From an uncultured delta proteobacterium (GTDB lineage Bacteria > Desulfobacterota > Desulfobacteria > Desulfobacterales > B30-G6): a stretch of 64,000 nucleotides of DNA. Position numbers and translations under genes: made by a program. The DNA is taken from contig CAWGLD010000005.1 in the NCBI GenBank assembly GCA_963823335.1, positions 320,001 through 384,000 on the forward strand, given 5' to 3'. The notes under the pieces were generated by a model, which was not told the DNA's origin, did no database searches, and worked only from the letters and a program-made list of their open reading frames with translations. This document shows positions 28,975-38,791 of the stretch, piece by piece; the stretch's first letter is position 1; each line of letters begins with the position of its first letter.

Positions 28975-31431
28975 CTATTTGATTTTTGTTCTATACAGTC
29001 TCAGGCTGTTCGTGACAACCGTGACACTACTGACGGACATGGCCAGCGCGGCCATGATGGGGTGCAATTCTCGCAGAAAACCAGGCGCGGCCTGAAACGG
29101 ATAGAGGATACCGGCGGCAATGGGTATCAAAGCGAGGTTATAGAAAAAGGCCCAGAACAGGTTCTGGCGGATAGTTCGCATGGTGGACCTGCTGAGATGT
29201 ATGGCCCGGGACACACCAATGAGACTGTTGCCGGAGAGGATAATACCGGCGGTTTCTATGGCAACGTCCGTACCGCTGCCGATGGCCATACCCACATTTG
29301 CAGTGGCCAGGGCAGGGGCATCATTGATACCGTCTCCCACCATGCCGACTTTGTGACCCTTGGCCTGAATCATTTCTACGGTGGATGCTTTTTCATCGGG
29401 TCGTACTTCCGCATAGACATTATGGATCCCGCATTGGGATGCAATCACCTCTGCCGTCTGTTGGTTGTCACCGGTAAGCATGCCCACGTCGATGTGCATA
29501 TCCTGCAACGTTTTAATGGCTGTCCTGGATTCGGATTTGATGGTGTCGGCAACGCTAATGAGGCCGTAAATCTTCTGGTCGGCGACCACAACCATGACGG
29601 TTTTCCCCTCGGACTGCAGGGTCTGGATCGTGTCGGACGATGCTGCCAGATCCATTGACACCGCAGTATTTTGATTGAGAAACCATTTGGGTTTACCGAC
29701 CTTGACCATTTTCCCGTCGATGTCGGCTTCAACACCCAGACCACCGGATGCCTTGAAGTTTTCAGGTGACGAAAGTTCAATGGATCGATTTCCAGCTTCC
29801 TTTACGATCGCTTTTCCCAGGGGGTGCTCAGAGCCTTTTTCTACCGATGCCGCGAGCCTGAGCAACGCATCTGCTGTCTTGCACATGGGTTCGAAAGGCA
29901 GCACATCAACCACGGACGGCTTGCCCATGGTAATGGTGCCGGTCTTGTCCAGAAGAATGGTGTCAAGGCTGGATGCAGTCTCCAGGGCTGCACTGTCCTT
30001 GAACAGGATATTGTTTTCAGCACCTTTACCGGTTCCCGCCATGATGGCTGTCGGCGTAGCCAGACCGAGAGCACAGGGGCAGGCAATCACCAGCACGGCC
30101 ACCATGCGGATCATGGCCGGCACGAATTCGCCGCCTGCCCACCACCAGAGAAAAAAGACCAGAAAAGCGATGATGATAATGGTCGGGACAAAGATGGCGG
30201 CCACCTTGTCAGCCAATGCCTGAATAGGTGCTTTGCTTCCTTGGGCCTCCTGCACCAGTTTGATGATCTGAGCCAAAGCGGTTTCCTTGCCCACGCGGGT
30301 TGCTGAAAATTGCAGCATGCCCTGACCATTGATGGTGCCGCCAATGACGGTGTCTCCGATCTTTTTATCCACCGGCAAGGGTTCTCCGCTCAACATGGAT
30401 TCATCTACGGCTGAAGCTCCTGAATGGATGGTACCGTCCACCGGTATTCGTTCCCCCGGGCGAACCACGACGATATCATCTTTTTTTACGAGCGTCAGAG
30501 GGACCTCTTTTTCAGTGCCGTCTTCAATGATGGTGGCGGTCTTGGGTCTGAGCCCCATGAGTTTGCGGATAGCGCCGCCGGTTTTCCCTTTGGTCCGGGA
30601 CTCAAGCAGTTTGCCCAGTTTAATGAGGGTGATGATGACGGCCGATGTTTCGAAGTAGACATGATTCCCCAGAGAGGAAAACAGAAGCAGAGCCAGTGAA
30701 TACACATAGGCCACCGAAGACCCCATGGCTACCAGAACATCCATGTTGGCGCTCTTGTTTTTAAGGCTCTTGAAGCCCCCCACGTAGTAGTCCCAGCCGG
30801 TATAAAACTGCACCGGCGTGGCCAGGGCCAGGAAAAGCCAGTTGACCCAGGTTGCATGACTCCAGGGTCCTGTCAGATGGAAATCCCTGGCCATGCTGAG
30901 GAGAAAAAGAGGCAGGGTGAAGATCACACCGATGAGAAATTTACGGGTCTGGTTTTGGATTTCCGCATTTCGGGCAGCTTGCTCTGCGTCTTCTTCCCCG
31001 GTATCTTCGGGAGGAATGACACCATAGCCGGCGTTGGTTACCGCAGCATAGATGTCATCCGGCGTGGTGATTCCCGGTATGTATTCCACAAACGCTCGAT
31101 CGGTGGCCAGATTGACGGAAGCCTTGGTAACACCCTGGACCTTTTTGTTTAGAGCGCGTTCGATATTGGCCGAACAGTTGGCGCATGTCATGCCCGTGAC
31201 CGGGAAATCGATGTCAGCCCTGGGGACTGAAAATCCTATACTATGTATCTTGGATAGAATCTCTTGGAGATCGACCTGTTTGGGGTCGAACTGAACCGAG
31301 GCATGCTCCGATGCAAAATTGACGCTAACACCATCCACACCATTCAGCTTGGCCACGTTGCGCTCGATATTCATGGCACAGTTGGCGCATGTCATGCCGG
31401 TGATGGGAAGTATTAGTTTTAATGTACTCAT
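28975..31431 (-). CDS. copA: Cu(I)-translocating P1B-type ATPase
   Basis: Two GMTCANC HMA domains, [28 protein letters not shown], and YN and MxxSS TM motifs. Confidence 0.95.
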   Translation of the reverse strand: MSTLKLILPITGMTCANCAMNIERNVAKLNGVDGVSVNFASEHASVQFDPKQVDLQEILSKIHSIGFSVPRADIDFPVTGMTCANCSANIERALNKKVQGVTKASVNLATDRAFVEYIPGITTPDDIYAAVTNAGYGVIPPEDTGEEDAEQAARNAEIQNQTRKFLIGVIFTLPLFLLSMARDFHLTGPWSHATWVNWLFLALATPVQFYTGWDYYVGGFKSLKNKSANMDVLVAMGSSVAYVYSLALLLFSSLGNHVYFETSAVIITLIKLGKLLESRTKGKTGGAIRKLMGLRPKTATIIEDGTEKEVPLTLVKKDDIVVVRPGERIPVDGTIHSGASAVDESMLSGEPLPVDKKIGDTVIGGTINGQGMLQFSATRVGKETALAQIIKLVQEAQGSKAPIQALADKVAAIFVPTIIIIAFLVFFLWWWAGGEFVPAMIRMVAVLVIACPCALGLATPTAIMAGTGKGAENNILFKDSAALETASSLDTILLDKTGTITMGKPSVVDVLPFEPMCKTADALLRLAASVEKGSEHPLGKAIVKEAGNRSIELSSPENFKASGGLGVEADIDGKMVKVGKPKWFLNQNTAVSMDLAASSDTIQTLQSEGKTVMVVVADQKIYGLISVADTIKSESRTAIKTLQDMHIDVGMLTGDNQQTAEVIASQCGIHNVYAEVRPDEKASTVEMIQAKGHKVGMVGDGINDAPALATANVGMAIGSGTDVAIETAGIILSGNSLIGVSRAIHLSRSTMRTIRQNLFWAFFYNLALIPIAAGILYPFQAAPGFLRELHPIMAALAMSVSSVTVVTNSLRLYRTKIK

Positions 31432-31476
31432 TTAATTCAGCCTTTGGGGAAAACGATCATGCACCAATTATAACTG

Positions 31477-32373
31477 TTAGCTACTCTCGAACCCTTGTAT
31501 CCCCCTCGAACCCTTGGCTCTTTCTATTATAAACCAGGGATTGAGCAGATTCTCTTTGTTGTAGGTGAGTGTATTTCCTGATTCGTATTCATAAATCCGG
31601 GCACCGGCACAGGAAGCGACAGCATGTCCTGCTGCCGTGTCCCATTCCATGGTAGGCGCTAATCTGGGATAAATATCTGCTCGACCTTCCGCCACAAGGC
31701 AAATTTTCAATGAACTGCCGGCCGGGATAAAATCAACCTCTCTGAAGAGCTCCCTTTTATCTGCTACGAACTTCTCCAGATCGGGTGTTGCATGCGAACG
31801 GCTTCCCACGATGGTGTAGGGTCTTTCCTTCTGGTCGACCAGCGGGAGCTGCCGGGCATTTTTCAAAATATCTTTCAGGGTGATGCGGTCGGTTTTTATT
31901 CCATTCTGATATTCGTGGATAGTTTCCGGATCAGATATTTTATAGGCACCCCGGTCCTGCATGGCAAAATAAAGCAGATCCCTGTCAGGTGCATAAACGA
32001 CCCCCATGACAGGGGTACCTTCTTTTACCAGGGCGATGTTGACCGTAAACTCTCCGTTTCTTTTGACAAATTCCTTGGTGCCGTCCAACGGATCCACAAC
32101 CCACAGGGCTTTCCAGGCTTTTCGTTCCTGGAACGGGATTGCCTTGCCTTCCTCGCTGAGGATCGGTATGCCGGATTGCAGGAGATGGCCAACAATGATG
32201 TCGTGGGCGGTTTTGTCCGCCAGGGTCAGCGGGGAATGATCATCTTTGTATTCCACCTGAAAGCCGGTATGGTAGATCTTCTGAATGGCGTCGCCGGCTT
32301 CAATTGCGGCCAGGACCGAGGTGGTTAAAAAACGTTCATTTTCAAGATGGTTGCCCGTAAATTTACTTGGCAT
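31477..32373 (-). CDS. cysQ: 3'(2'),5'-bisphosphate nucleotidase
   Basis: KDDHSPLTLAD, LSEE, VDPLDGTKEF, SRSH, GSSLK, EWDTAAGHA. Confidence 0.95.
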   Translation of the reverse strand: MPSKFTGNHLENERFLTTSVLAAIEAGDAIQKIYHTGFQVEYKDDHSPLTLADKTAHDIIVGHLLQSGIPILSEEGKAIPFQERKAWKALWVVDPLDGTKEFVKRNGEFTVNIALVKEGTPVMGVVYAPDRDLLYFAMQDRGAYKISDPETIHEYQNGIKTDRITLKDILKNARQLPLVDQKERPYTIVGSRSHATPDLEKFVADKRELFREVDFIPAGSSLKICLVAEGRADIYPRLAPTMEWDTAAGHAVASCAGARIYEYESGNTLTYNKENLLNPWFIIERAKGSRGIQGFESS

Positions 32374-34096
32374 GCTTCATCCTTTCCAGGTTTTCCCTGG
32401 CAAATTCTATGGAAGAGTCTATCGACAGTGCCACTTCATAAAAGTAAATGGCCTTGTCCTTTTCGCCCATTTCCCGGTAATTGGAGCCGATATTGGCATA
32501 GTCTATGGCAGAGCCGGGATTCAGGTCCAGAACCCTGGCAAAGTTTTCTATGGCCTGTTCATGTTGTTTCAGTTTGAAATGACAAAATCCCATCAGATTG
32601 TAGATGTCGGTGCGTTCCTTATCATATGTTTCGCCCTGTTTGAGGACTTCAAGGGCCTTTTCCCATGACCCCATTTCCTTGTGTGCAACCCCCAGGTATG
32701 AATAAATACTCGAGATGTCCTGGACCGGGGGATTCAGCCGGCGGGCGCTTTCGAGGAGGGGCAGGGCTTTTTCCGGTTGTCCCATGGACAGCAGACAGGT
32801 ACCCATGTAAAAACGTACATAATATTTATCGGGAAGCAGCCCATCCATCTCCAATAGCCTGGCATAGGCTTTGTCGGGCGAATTGCTTTCCGTTATGCGT
32901 TTAGCGGAAAACATGCCCACGCTGGTTCCGGTGGCCCTTTCACGAAAATGGGCTCCCGGTATGATGGTATAGAATGCCGGTATGTCAAGCAGGGTATGGG
33001 TCGTGTTGATCACCAGTACGTCAAAACCCCTCTGCCTTAAGGCGGCAATGCTGTTCTCAACCTCTGTTTTGATGTTGGGACTGGAAATGTCCGGTAACAT
33101 ATCCATCGTGACACGTTTTTGCGGGTCGAGTATAAACCTGGCGGCATCCAGGGTTCTGAATTTCGGAAGACCGCTGGCCACATAGTTAGCGCCGGAGTTG
33201 AAGTCCCCGGCCAGCTGGGCTGTTTCAGTGAGGGCACGGCTCAATGCTTTTTGGGGATCAGGGGTGGTGCCGGCAGTCCAGACGATTTCGCTCTTTTCCG
33301 GAAAAGTGCTGGGATCATAGGCCAGTACCCCTATGGACGGAATTCCCATATCGAGGGAAAAATCGGACAGAAAAACATGTATGTTGTTGGCTTTAAATTT
33401 CCCCAGCATTTCCTTTACCAGGGGATCTGTTGCGGATTCGGGTATGATGGCAGGAACGGATATCTTTTTCTGGCTTATCAGGGATGAGACATGCCTCTCA
33501 ACCACTTCGCAGATCCCCTGAGAGATGGCTTCTTCGATACAATTGCCGGCGGAGGGCCCATTGAACTCGTTGATGGTGAAAAACCAGTCAAAGGGAATGA
33601 GAACCGGTTCATTCCGGGTGAGGTTGAAACCCCAGGTCCATTTCATGGAAAGGGTTTCATAGATTTTACGACTGATATCCAGTTCTTTTGACTCATCATG
33701 AACTGATTTGGCAATTTCTTCAAAGGGCAGGGCGTTTTCTTGTATATCCGCTGGGGTTCCGGTCACAAAGTTTTCCGGGTCCTTGCAAAAGCTGAAAAAA
33801 CTGAAACGTTCTGCCAGCTCCATAACAGCACTGGCCTCAGCCTGTTGGGGGGTGCCCCCTTTTCCCATCTGCTTTTTTGTGCCGATAACCTCCCGGGCAT
33901 CTTTTCCACACTGGCTGAAGAAAACCGGAATATCCAGACGGCCGTTGTCGATCCTTTCGGTTTTATCGAGAATATCTAGGTCGACGCTTTTCAATTTTTT
34001 CCTGAACCTCTCGACGGTCTCCACTGGAGACAGCGTTTTGTCCTGGTCCAAGGTATCTTTTTTAAAGGCGTCTTCCAGGGTGATCCTATAGCTCAT
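32363..34096 (-). CDS. YcaO-like protein with C-terminal TPR repeats
   Basis: DK...P.ET, QMGKG, AVMELAERFS, NGPSAGN..EEA...EVVERH, RALTE; about 4 TPR-like repeats at the C-terminus. ATG at 34096 has a GGAGAG RBS. Confidence 0.88.
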   Translation of the reverse strand: MSYRITLEDAFKKDTLDQDKTLSPVETVERFRKKLKSVDLDILDKTERIDNGRLDIPVFFSQCGKDAREVIGTKKQMGKGGTPQQAEASAVMELAERFSFFSFCKDPENFVTGTPADIQENALPFEEIAKSVHDESKELDISRKIYETLSMKWTWGFNLTRNEPVLIPFDWFFTINEFNGPSAGNCIEEAISQGICEVVERHVSSLISQKKISVPAIIPESATDPLVKEMLGKFKANNIHVFLSDFSLDMGIPSIGVLAYDPSTFPEKSEIVWTAGTTPDPQKALSRALTETAQLAGDFNSGANYVASGLPKFRTLDAARFILDPQKRVTMDMLPDISSPNIKTEVENSIAALRQRGFDVLVINTTHTLLDIPAFYTIIPGAHFRERATGTSVGMFSAKRITESNSPDKAYARLLEMDGLLPDKYYVRFYMGTCLLSMGQPEKALPLLESARRLNPPVQDISSIYSYLGVAHKEMGSWEKALEVLKQGETYDKERTDIYNLMGFCHFKLKQHEQAIENFARVLDLNPGSAIDYANIGSNYREMGEKDKAIYFYEVALSIDSSIEFARENLERMKHAK

Positions 34097-34300
34097 GAGG
34101 CTCTCCAAATAAAATTTTACCACAATGTCATCAAGCGCGACGATGTGGCTTTAAAGGACAAAACAGTCAGATTAGGGTATATTAATCATGATATGCAGTC
34201 CACGCAACTTGTTTGATCGATTAAGGATAGCGTGTAATCCTATTTCACTTGACTCTGCTGCATAAATAACTTACACCAATGCAAATTCTGCTCTGTATGT

Positions 34301-34376
34301 GGGGATGTAGCTCAGCTGGGAGAGCGCAGCGTTCGCAACGCTGAGGCCAGGGGTTCGAGCCCCCTCATCTCCACCA
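34301..34376 (+). tRNA. tRNA-Ala (anticodon CGC)
   Basis: 76-nt cloverleaf GGGGATG...CATCTCC-ACCA with G3:U70 pair; anticodon arm CAGCG-TTCGCAA-CGCTG. Confidence 0.97.
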
Positions 34377-34389
34377 AGCATCTGCTTAC

Positions 34390-34450
34390 ATTGCCATCGA
34401 TACCCCCGAGCATGTCCTGGGGGTATCGATGGCAATCTCATTTTTATTTG
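34390..34450 (+). terminator. Strong hairpin/terminator after tRNA-Ala
   Basis: Perfect 18-bp stem ATTGCCATCGATACCCCC / GGGGGTATCGATGGCAAT followed by a T-rich tract. Confidence 0.75.
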
Positions 34451-34746
34451 CTCACCAGATTGTGAAATTAATTGCCCAAATTTAGCGTTTCTATCTTCTA
34501 CACGTTTTCAGCGATCCCAATTATCCCGTGCAGTGATGAATAGTGGTTCGTAAAAAACGGAGGGGCTGTTCTTCCAAAGGGCCTACAGACAAGCCTTTTG
34601 CCAGAAAAGCGATCCGGCCGCATCAGATAAAATGGCTAACAGTCTTATTGTGCACACTTCTTGCATATCAACATTCGTATATGGGGATAGCACCTCTTTT
34701 CATCTGTTAATAATCTGGAATAGCTGTCATTGAAAGGAGAAGTACC

Positions 34747-35019
34747 ATGGCGAATAATTTTCATATGTTTACGCACAAGACCACCGAAACACTCCATGTC
34801 AAACTCACCGGCGACTTTGATGGCAGTTCAGCATCCGAGCTTCTCAATGCCTTAACAGACAACAAGAACAGATACTATCAGATATTCATCAATACCACGG
34901 AATTGAATACCATTCACCCATTTGGCCGGGAAGTGCTGCAGCGCAGATTGTCGGAATTCAAGGACCAGGGGCCCGGTGTGATTTTTATCGGGAAGAATCT
35001 GGGACAGTCGTTGAATTAG
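34747..35019 (+). CDS. Small STAS/anti-anti-sigma-like protein
   Basis: LHVKLTGDFDGSSASELL resembles the STAS L.G.LD...A..L motif; AAAGGAG RBS. Confidence 0.65.
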   Translation: MANNFHMFTHKTTETLHVKLTGDFDGSSASELLNALTDNKNRYYQIFINTTELNTIHPFGREVLQRRLSEFKDQGPGVIFIGKNLGQSLN

Positions 35020-35042
35020 AATTCCTGCTGCCGACAGTGCGC

Positions 35043-35462
35043 CTATTTGACCACTGAAAGGGCGGTTCGGTGAAACGGCTGAAGGTAGGGTAGGATTTCA
35101 GAAATGTAATCGATATTGCTCTTGAGAGCTGCTTTGCGGTGAATTCCCAGCGGGTTTCCCTGGGCGATGGATTTTACCATGATCGACAACAGTTTGATCC
35201 GCTGATAGAAGATGTGGTCGACATCAAAATTGATTGGAGATGCCTGTTTAATTTCAAGATGATTCAGATATACATGCCAGTCCGACATGAAATAGCTGAC
35301 ATGCCCAGCGTTGCGGACAATGGAGCGCAGGCTGTAGTTTCCCAGAGAGACCTCCTGAAGGTAGGCTTTGGCCATTACGATCAGAAGTCTCAGCCTGGAA
35401 ATTAAAATATCATCATCACGTACATTTCTCATCTGAAAAAGATTTGACCCCAATCGTAGCAT
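35043..35462 (-). CDS. Hypothetical protein with internal tandem duplication
   Basis: Two similar halves (RLRLLIVMAKAY..LG / RIKLLSIMVKSI..LG); AAAGGT RBS. Confidence 0.65.
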   Translation of the reverse strand: MLRLGSNLFQMRNVRDDDILISRLRLLIVMAKAYLQEVSLGNYSLRSIVRNAGHVSYFMSDWHVYLNHLEIKQASPINFDVDHIFYQRIKLLSIMVKSIAQGNPLGIHRKAALKSNIDYISEILPYLQPFHRTALSVVK

Positions 35463-35586
35463 ATATTCTACCTTTCTGATTTGACCATTTTACAAATACC
35501 GGGTGATCATTGTTGTATTTGCCAATAACATACCAAGGTAACCTGACCAAAAGCCTAAACAGAAGCACTTCCTGTTGCATGTACCA

Positions 35587-35602
35587 AGCAATTATCAGGC
35601 CA
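35587..35602 (-). promoter_or_regulatory. Putative sigma54 (-24/-12) promoter
   Basis: Minus strand TGGCCTGATAATTGCT (GG-N10-GC), upstream of the 35462 gene. Confidence 0.5.
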
Positions 35603-35714
35603 CACCGAAAAAATATCCAAACTGGCCCATATGTTGTGTATGCCTGTTATGTGGGAAACCACTCAAGGCGGAACAGGGCAAAAATTTCTACAGAAACTAT
35701 GAACTAAATGCCAC

Positions 35715-35936
35715 AATAAAATCGTTGCACGATTTTATTATATGACGCGGCGTTGCCGCTTATATATAGACAGAACAGGATGGTGAAACTGCGCCACCCG
35801 TTTCACGGGTGGTAGTTGACTTGACGAAGATCCCGCTCTTTTTGCGGGGCAACAAAATCCTATTTTTTAGATGGGTTCTAAAAACAATGTGTATCTAAAT
35901 GCGACGCAGTCGCGACAGCTAAATTCGCGCAGCGAA
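35715..35936. repeat. Cluster of short REP-like hairpins
   Basis: AATAAAATCGT-TGC-ACGATTTTATT, GCGGC-GTT-GCCGC, CCACCCGT-TTC-ACGGGTGG, GCGAC-GCA-GTCGC, TTCGC-GCA-GCGAA. Confidence 0.6.
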
Positions 35937-35937
35937 A

Positions 35938-36267
35938 TTAGTCGCAGTTAAGGATAATATAGCGCTGCTCTTTCTCGATGGCTTCCGGAGGAATCACAAA
36001 GTTTAGGCTCATACCGACTTCCGGGTTTCGCACCCATTCCACCTTGCCATCGATTTCAAGACGGTCACCATTGAGCAAAATCAGAATGCCTCGAACAAAG
36101 GTTGCCAGCGTTTTATCGGATGGATTGGCGAAGCGGATGCCGGATTCGTTGACATCGAGCACTTCGAATTCATGGGAAGCTATTTTCAGGATGGCTCTCT
36201 GAGAGGGTTTGTAGATGATCCGGACAAAGGTACGTCTTTCAGGACCTGAATATTCGATGGCATTCAT
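35938..36267 (-). CDS. Stand-alone PilZ-domain protein
   Basis: ERRTFVR (RxxxR) and DVNESG (DxxxxG) motifs. Confidence 0.85.
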   Translation of the reverse strand: MNAIEYSGPERRTFVRIIYKPSQRAILKIASHEFEVLDVNESGIRFANPSDKTLATFVRGILILLNGDRLEIDGKVEWVRNPEVGMSLNFVIPPEAIEKEQRYIILNCD

Positions 36268-36418
36268 GGGATGCCCCCTCTTTATTGATACATTACCACA
36301 CGTTAACGAACTTTGTCTTGATTTCTATACGATTATGGTATAGTTGTCAACCATGAATGGGTGTTATAGAATCTAATATATCAGTGGGTTATAAAAAAAA
36401 TAATAGGAAAAATAGAGA

Positions 36419-37006
36419 ATGGATCGTCAAAGTGAGCTTTCGAGAAAGACAAGCGAAACCGTTATTGATGCCAAGCTGAATATCGACGGCACGGGTAGCG
36501 GTGATATCGCCATCGGCATCCCCTTTTTCGATCATATGTTGACCCTCCTGGCAGCGCACGGATTTTTTGATCTGAGCATTCGCGCCAAGGGGGATATCGA
36601 GGTTGATTTTCATCATACCATAGAAGATGTCGGCCTGGTGCTGGGAGATCTTTTTGAACAGGCACTCGGCAATCGGGAAGGGATTCGGCGGTACGGACAT
36701 GCGGTAACACCCATGGATGAGGCCATTGCATCCGTTGCTGTCGATTTATCAAAACGTCCTTTTCTGGTCTATCGCCTGCCATCGGATATTCCCAAAACCG
36801 GAGAATCTTTTTCCATATTGGGCAAAGAATTCTTCAGAGCATTTGCCACACGGGGCGGCATGAACCTGCACATTGATGTGGGATATGGAGAAAATGAACA
36901 TCATATCCTTGAAGCCGTGTTCAAAGCTGTCGGCAGATCTCTTGATATTGCCACATCACTTGATGACCGTATTGTCGGCGTTCATTCCACAAAAGGCTCC
37001 CTGTAG
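36419..37006 (+). CDS. hisB: Imidazoleglycerol-phosphate dehydratase
   Basis: R.TSET, FFDHML, HHTIEDVG, PMDEA, NEHHILEAVFKA, STKG. Confidence 0.97.
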   Translation: MDRQSELSRKTSETVIDAKLNIDGTGSGDIAIGIPFFDHMLTLLAAHGFFDLSIRAKGDIEVDFHHTIEDVGLVLGDLFEQALGNREGIRRYGHAVTPMDEAIASVAVDLSKRPFLVYRLPSDIPKTGESFSILGKEFFRAFATRGGMNLHIDVGYGENEHHILEAVFKAVGRSLDIATSLDDRIVGVHSTKGSL

Positions 37007-37030
37007 ACCTTTGGTTCGTCATGGAAACAA

Positions 37031-37747
37031 ATGCCCTTATCTCAAACCTGCTTTCTGCATCCAATGAATGAAACAATTTTAAAAGCGGGGCGGGCTATAT
37101 TCTGCATATGGGGCTTCCTATTTCTGATATCCTGTGTGGCGCCACAGAAAGATTTTCCGCCGGAAAAAACCCTAGAGGGTATCGAAACGATTCAGGTCAT
37201 TCCGTTTCAAAACCTGTATACGCTTTATGGCGACAAAGCCCATATTGATTGTGGTATTTTCAATCGGCGTCATCTTATCGGGGAAGTTCCGGAAGGAACT
37301 GCAGAATTCATGACCGAACACTTGATAAACCTTCTCATGAGTGATAGGTCATACCGGTTTATTTTTCCCGATCAAACAGACGTGATGCCGACCCATCTGG
37401 AGGCTGATCAGAATTGTGTTGCCAGCATGGCGGAGTTTGTTGCGACAACCGGTGCTGCAATTGATGTAGATGCAATCCTGATGGGATATCTTTTCCACTT
37501 CAAAGAACGTGTGGGAACGAGTTATTCCGTTGAATCCCCGGCGTCGGTATCATTTAGTCTATTTATGGTGAGGGTGACGGACGGACGAATTGTTTGGCGT
37601 GGCATTTTTGAAGAAACACAGCAGTCACTGTCCGAGAATATTCTCAAGATCGGTACATTTATTAAACGAAAGGCCCGTTGGGTTACAGCCCGGGAAATGG
37701 CTGCCGAGGGTCTTGAAACTCTGATATCAACATTTCCGGAACCATGA
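37031..37747 (+). CDS. Putative lipoprotein (CsgG/LpoB-like fold)
   Basis: Lipobox FLIS-C; VIPFQN, DAILMG, MVRVTDGRIVWRG. Start possibly at 37064. Confidence 0.7.
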   Translation: MPLSQTCFLHPMNETILKAGRAIFCIWGFLFLISCVAPQKDFPPEKTLEGIETIQVIPFQNLYTLYGDKAHIDCGIFNRRHLIGEVPEGTAEFMTEHLINLLMSDRSYRFIFPDQTDVMPTHLEADQNCVASMAEFVATTGAAIDVDAILMGYLFHFKERVGTSYSVESPASVSFSLFMVRVTDGRIVWRGIFEETQQSLSENILKIGTFIKRKARWVTAREMAAEGLETLISTFPEP

Positions 37748-38496
37748 TCGTTATACCCGCTGTAGACATCAAAAACGGCAAATGTGTGCGTCTTTCCCAG
37801 GGAAAGATGGATGCCGAGACCGTCTTTTCAAAAGATCCGGTCGCCATGGCCAGGAAATGGGATGCCTTTGGTGTGGACATTATCCACGTTATCGATCTCG
37901 ATGGCGCAATCCAGAAACGGCCTAAAAACGCAGAAATCATCCGGGATATTATAGCTACCGTCAATGCACGTGTTCAGGTGGGGGGGGGCATTCGGAATCT
38001 CGACACCATCGAAACCTATCTTCAGTTGGGTGTGCACCGTATCATTATCGGTACCGAAGCCATTCGCAATCCCCAGTTCGTCAAGGATGCCTGCAGGCTG
38101 TTTCCCGGCCACATTGTTGTGGGTATCGATGCGAGAAATGGCCTGGTGGCAATCGAGGGTTGGACAGAGACCACAGGGACAAAGGCAGTGGATCTGGCGG
38201 TGCAACTTGAGGACCAGGGTGTGGCGGCGATCAATTTTACGGATATTCATAGAGATGGGATGCAGACCGGTCCCAACATCGAAGAAACCCGAAAACTGGC
38301 TGAAACCATATCCATACCCGTTGTTGCCTCCGGCGGCGTAGCGACACTCCAGGATATTCGCAATCTTCTACCCTTGGAATCTTTGGGTGTCATGGGTGTA
38401 ATTACAGGGAAGGCGCTTTACGCGGGGAGCCTGAATCTGGCGGAAGCCATATCCATTGCTACGGGGGCCTCTGCAGTAAACGTAGTGCACGAATAG
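37744..38496 (+). CDS. hisA: ProFAR isomerase
   Basis: IPAVDIKNGKCVRL.QG, HVIDLDGA, QVGGGIR, TDIHRDG, ASGGV. Confidence 0.97.
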   Translation: MIVIPAVDIKNGKCVRLSQGKMDAETVFSKDPVAMARKWDAFGVDIIHVIDLDGAIQKRPKNAEIIRDIIATVNARVQVGGGIRNLDTIETYLQLGVHRIIIGTEAIRNPQFVKDACRLFPGHIVVGIDARNGLVAIEGWTETTGTKAVDLAVQLEDQGVAAINFTDIHRDGMQTGPNIEETRKLAETISIPVVASGGVATLQDIRNLLPLESLGVMGVITGKALYAGSLNLAEAISIATGASAVNVVHE

Positions 38497-38576
38497 TTGC
38501 TCAGCCATCCAAATCTTCCACTTGACATAGAATCGAAAATTAACTATCAATTAATGTTTAAAATTTGAACCGAAAA

Positions 38577-38707
38577 AGCGAGCGCATTCCCCGTAGGTTC
38601 TGCCGTTCGGCAGTGCTTCGCATGCTGCGGGGTTAGCGAGCGAATCTAGATTAGACAGAATTCCTTACGGTCGAAGATTCCTCGTAGCTTGCTGCGAGGT
38701 TCTTCAA
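38577..38707 (-). repeat. Dispersed REP/MITE-like element, long copy 3
   Basis: Contains the reverse complements of TTGAAGAACCTCGCAGCAAGCTACGAGGAAT and CGGCAGAACCTACGGGGAATGCGCTCGCT; the latter is identical to 54917-54945. Confidence 0.8.
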
Positions 38708-38791
38708 ACCATTTCTCTGCTTAGAACAGCATGAGATGAAATCAAATCACCGCTTAAAATCCTGCCAATATAGCCAGTTGCAAGGGCTTTT

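Noticed and set aside
34301..36300. Genomic island integrated at tRNA-Ala (likewise at the CAT tRNA)
   Set aside because: No integrase and no duplicated tRNA 3' end found in the window; flanking genes look native.
37980..37988. G9 tract in hisA and C9 tract at 50452-50460 in the LOG gene as contingency loci
   Set aside because: Both encode Gly-Gly-Gly motifs in intact frames; hisA is a housekeeping gene.
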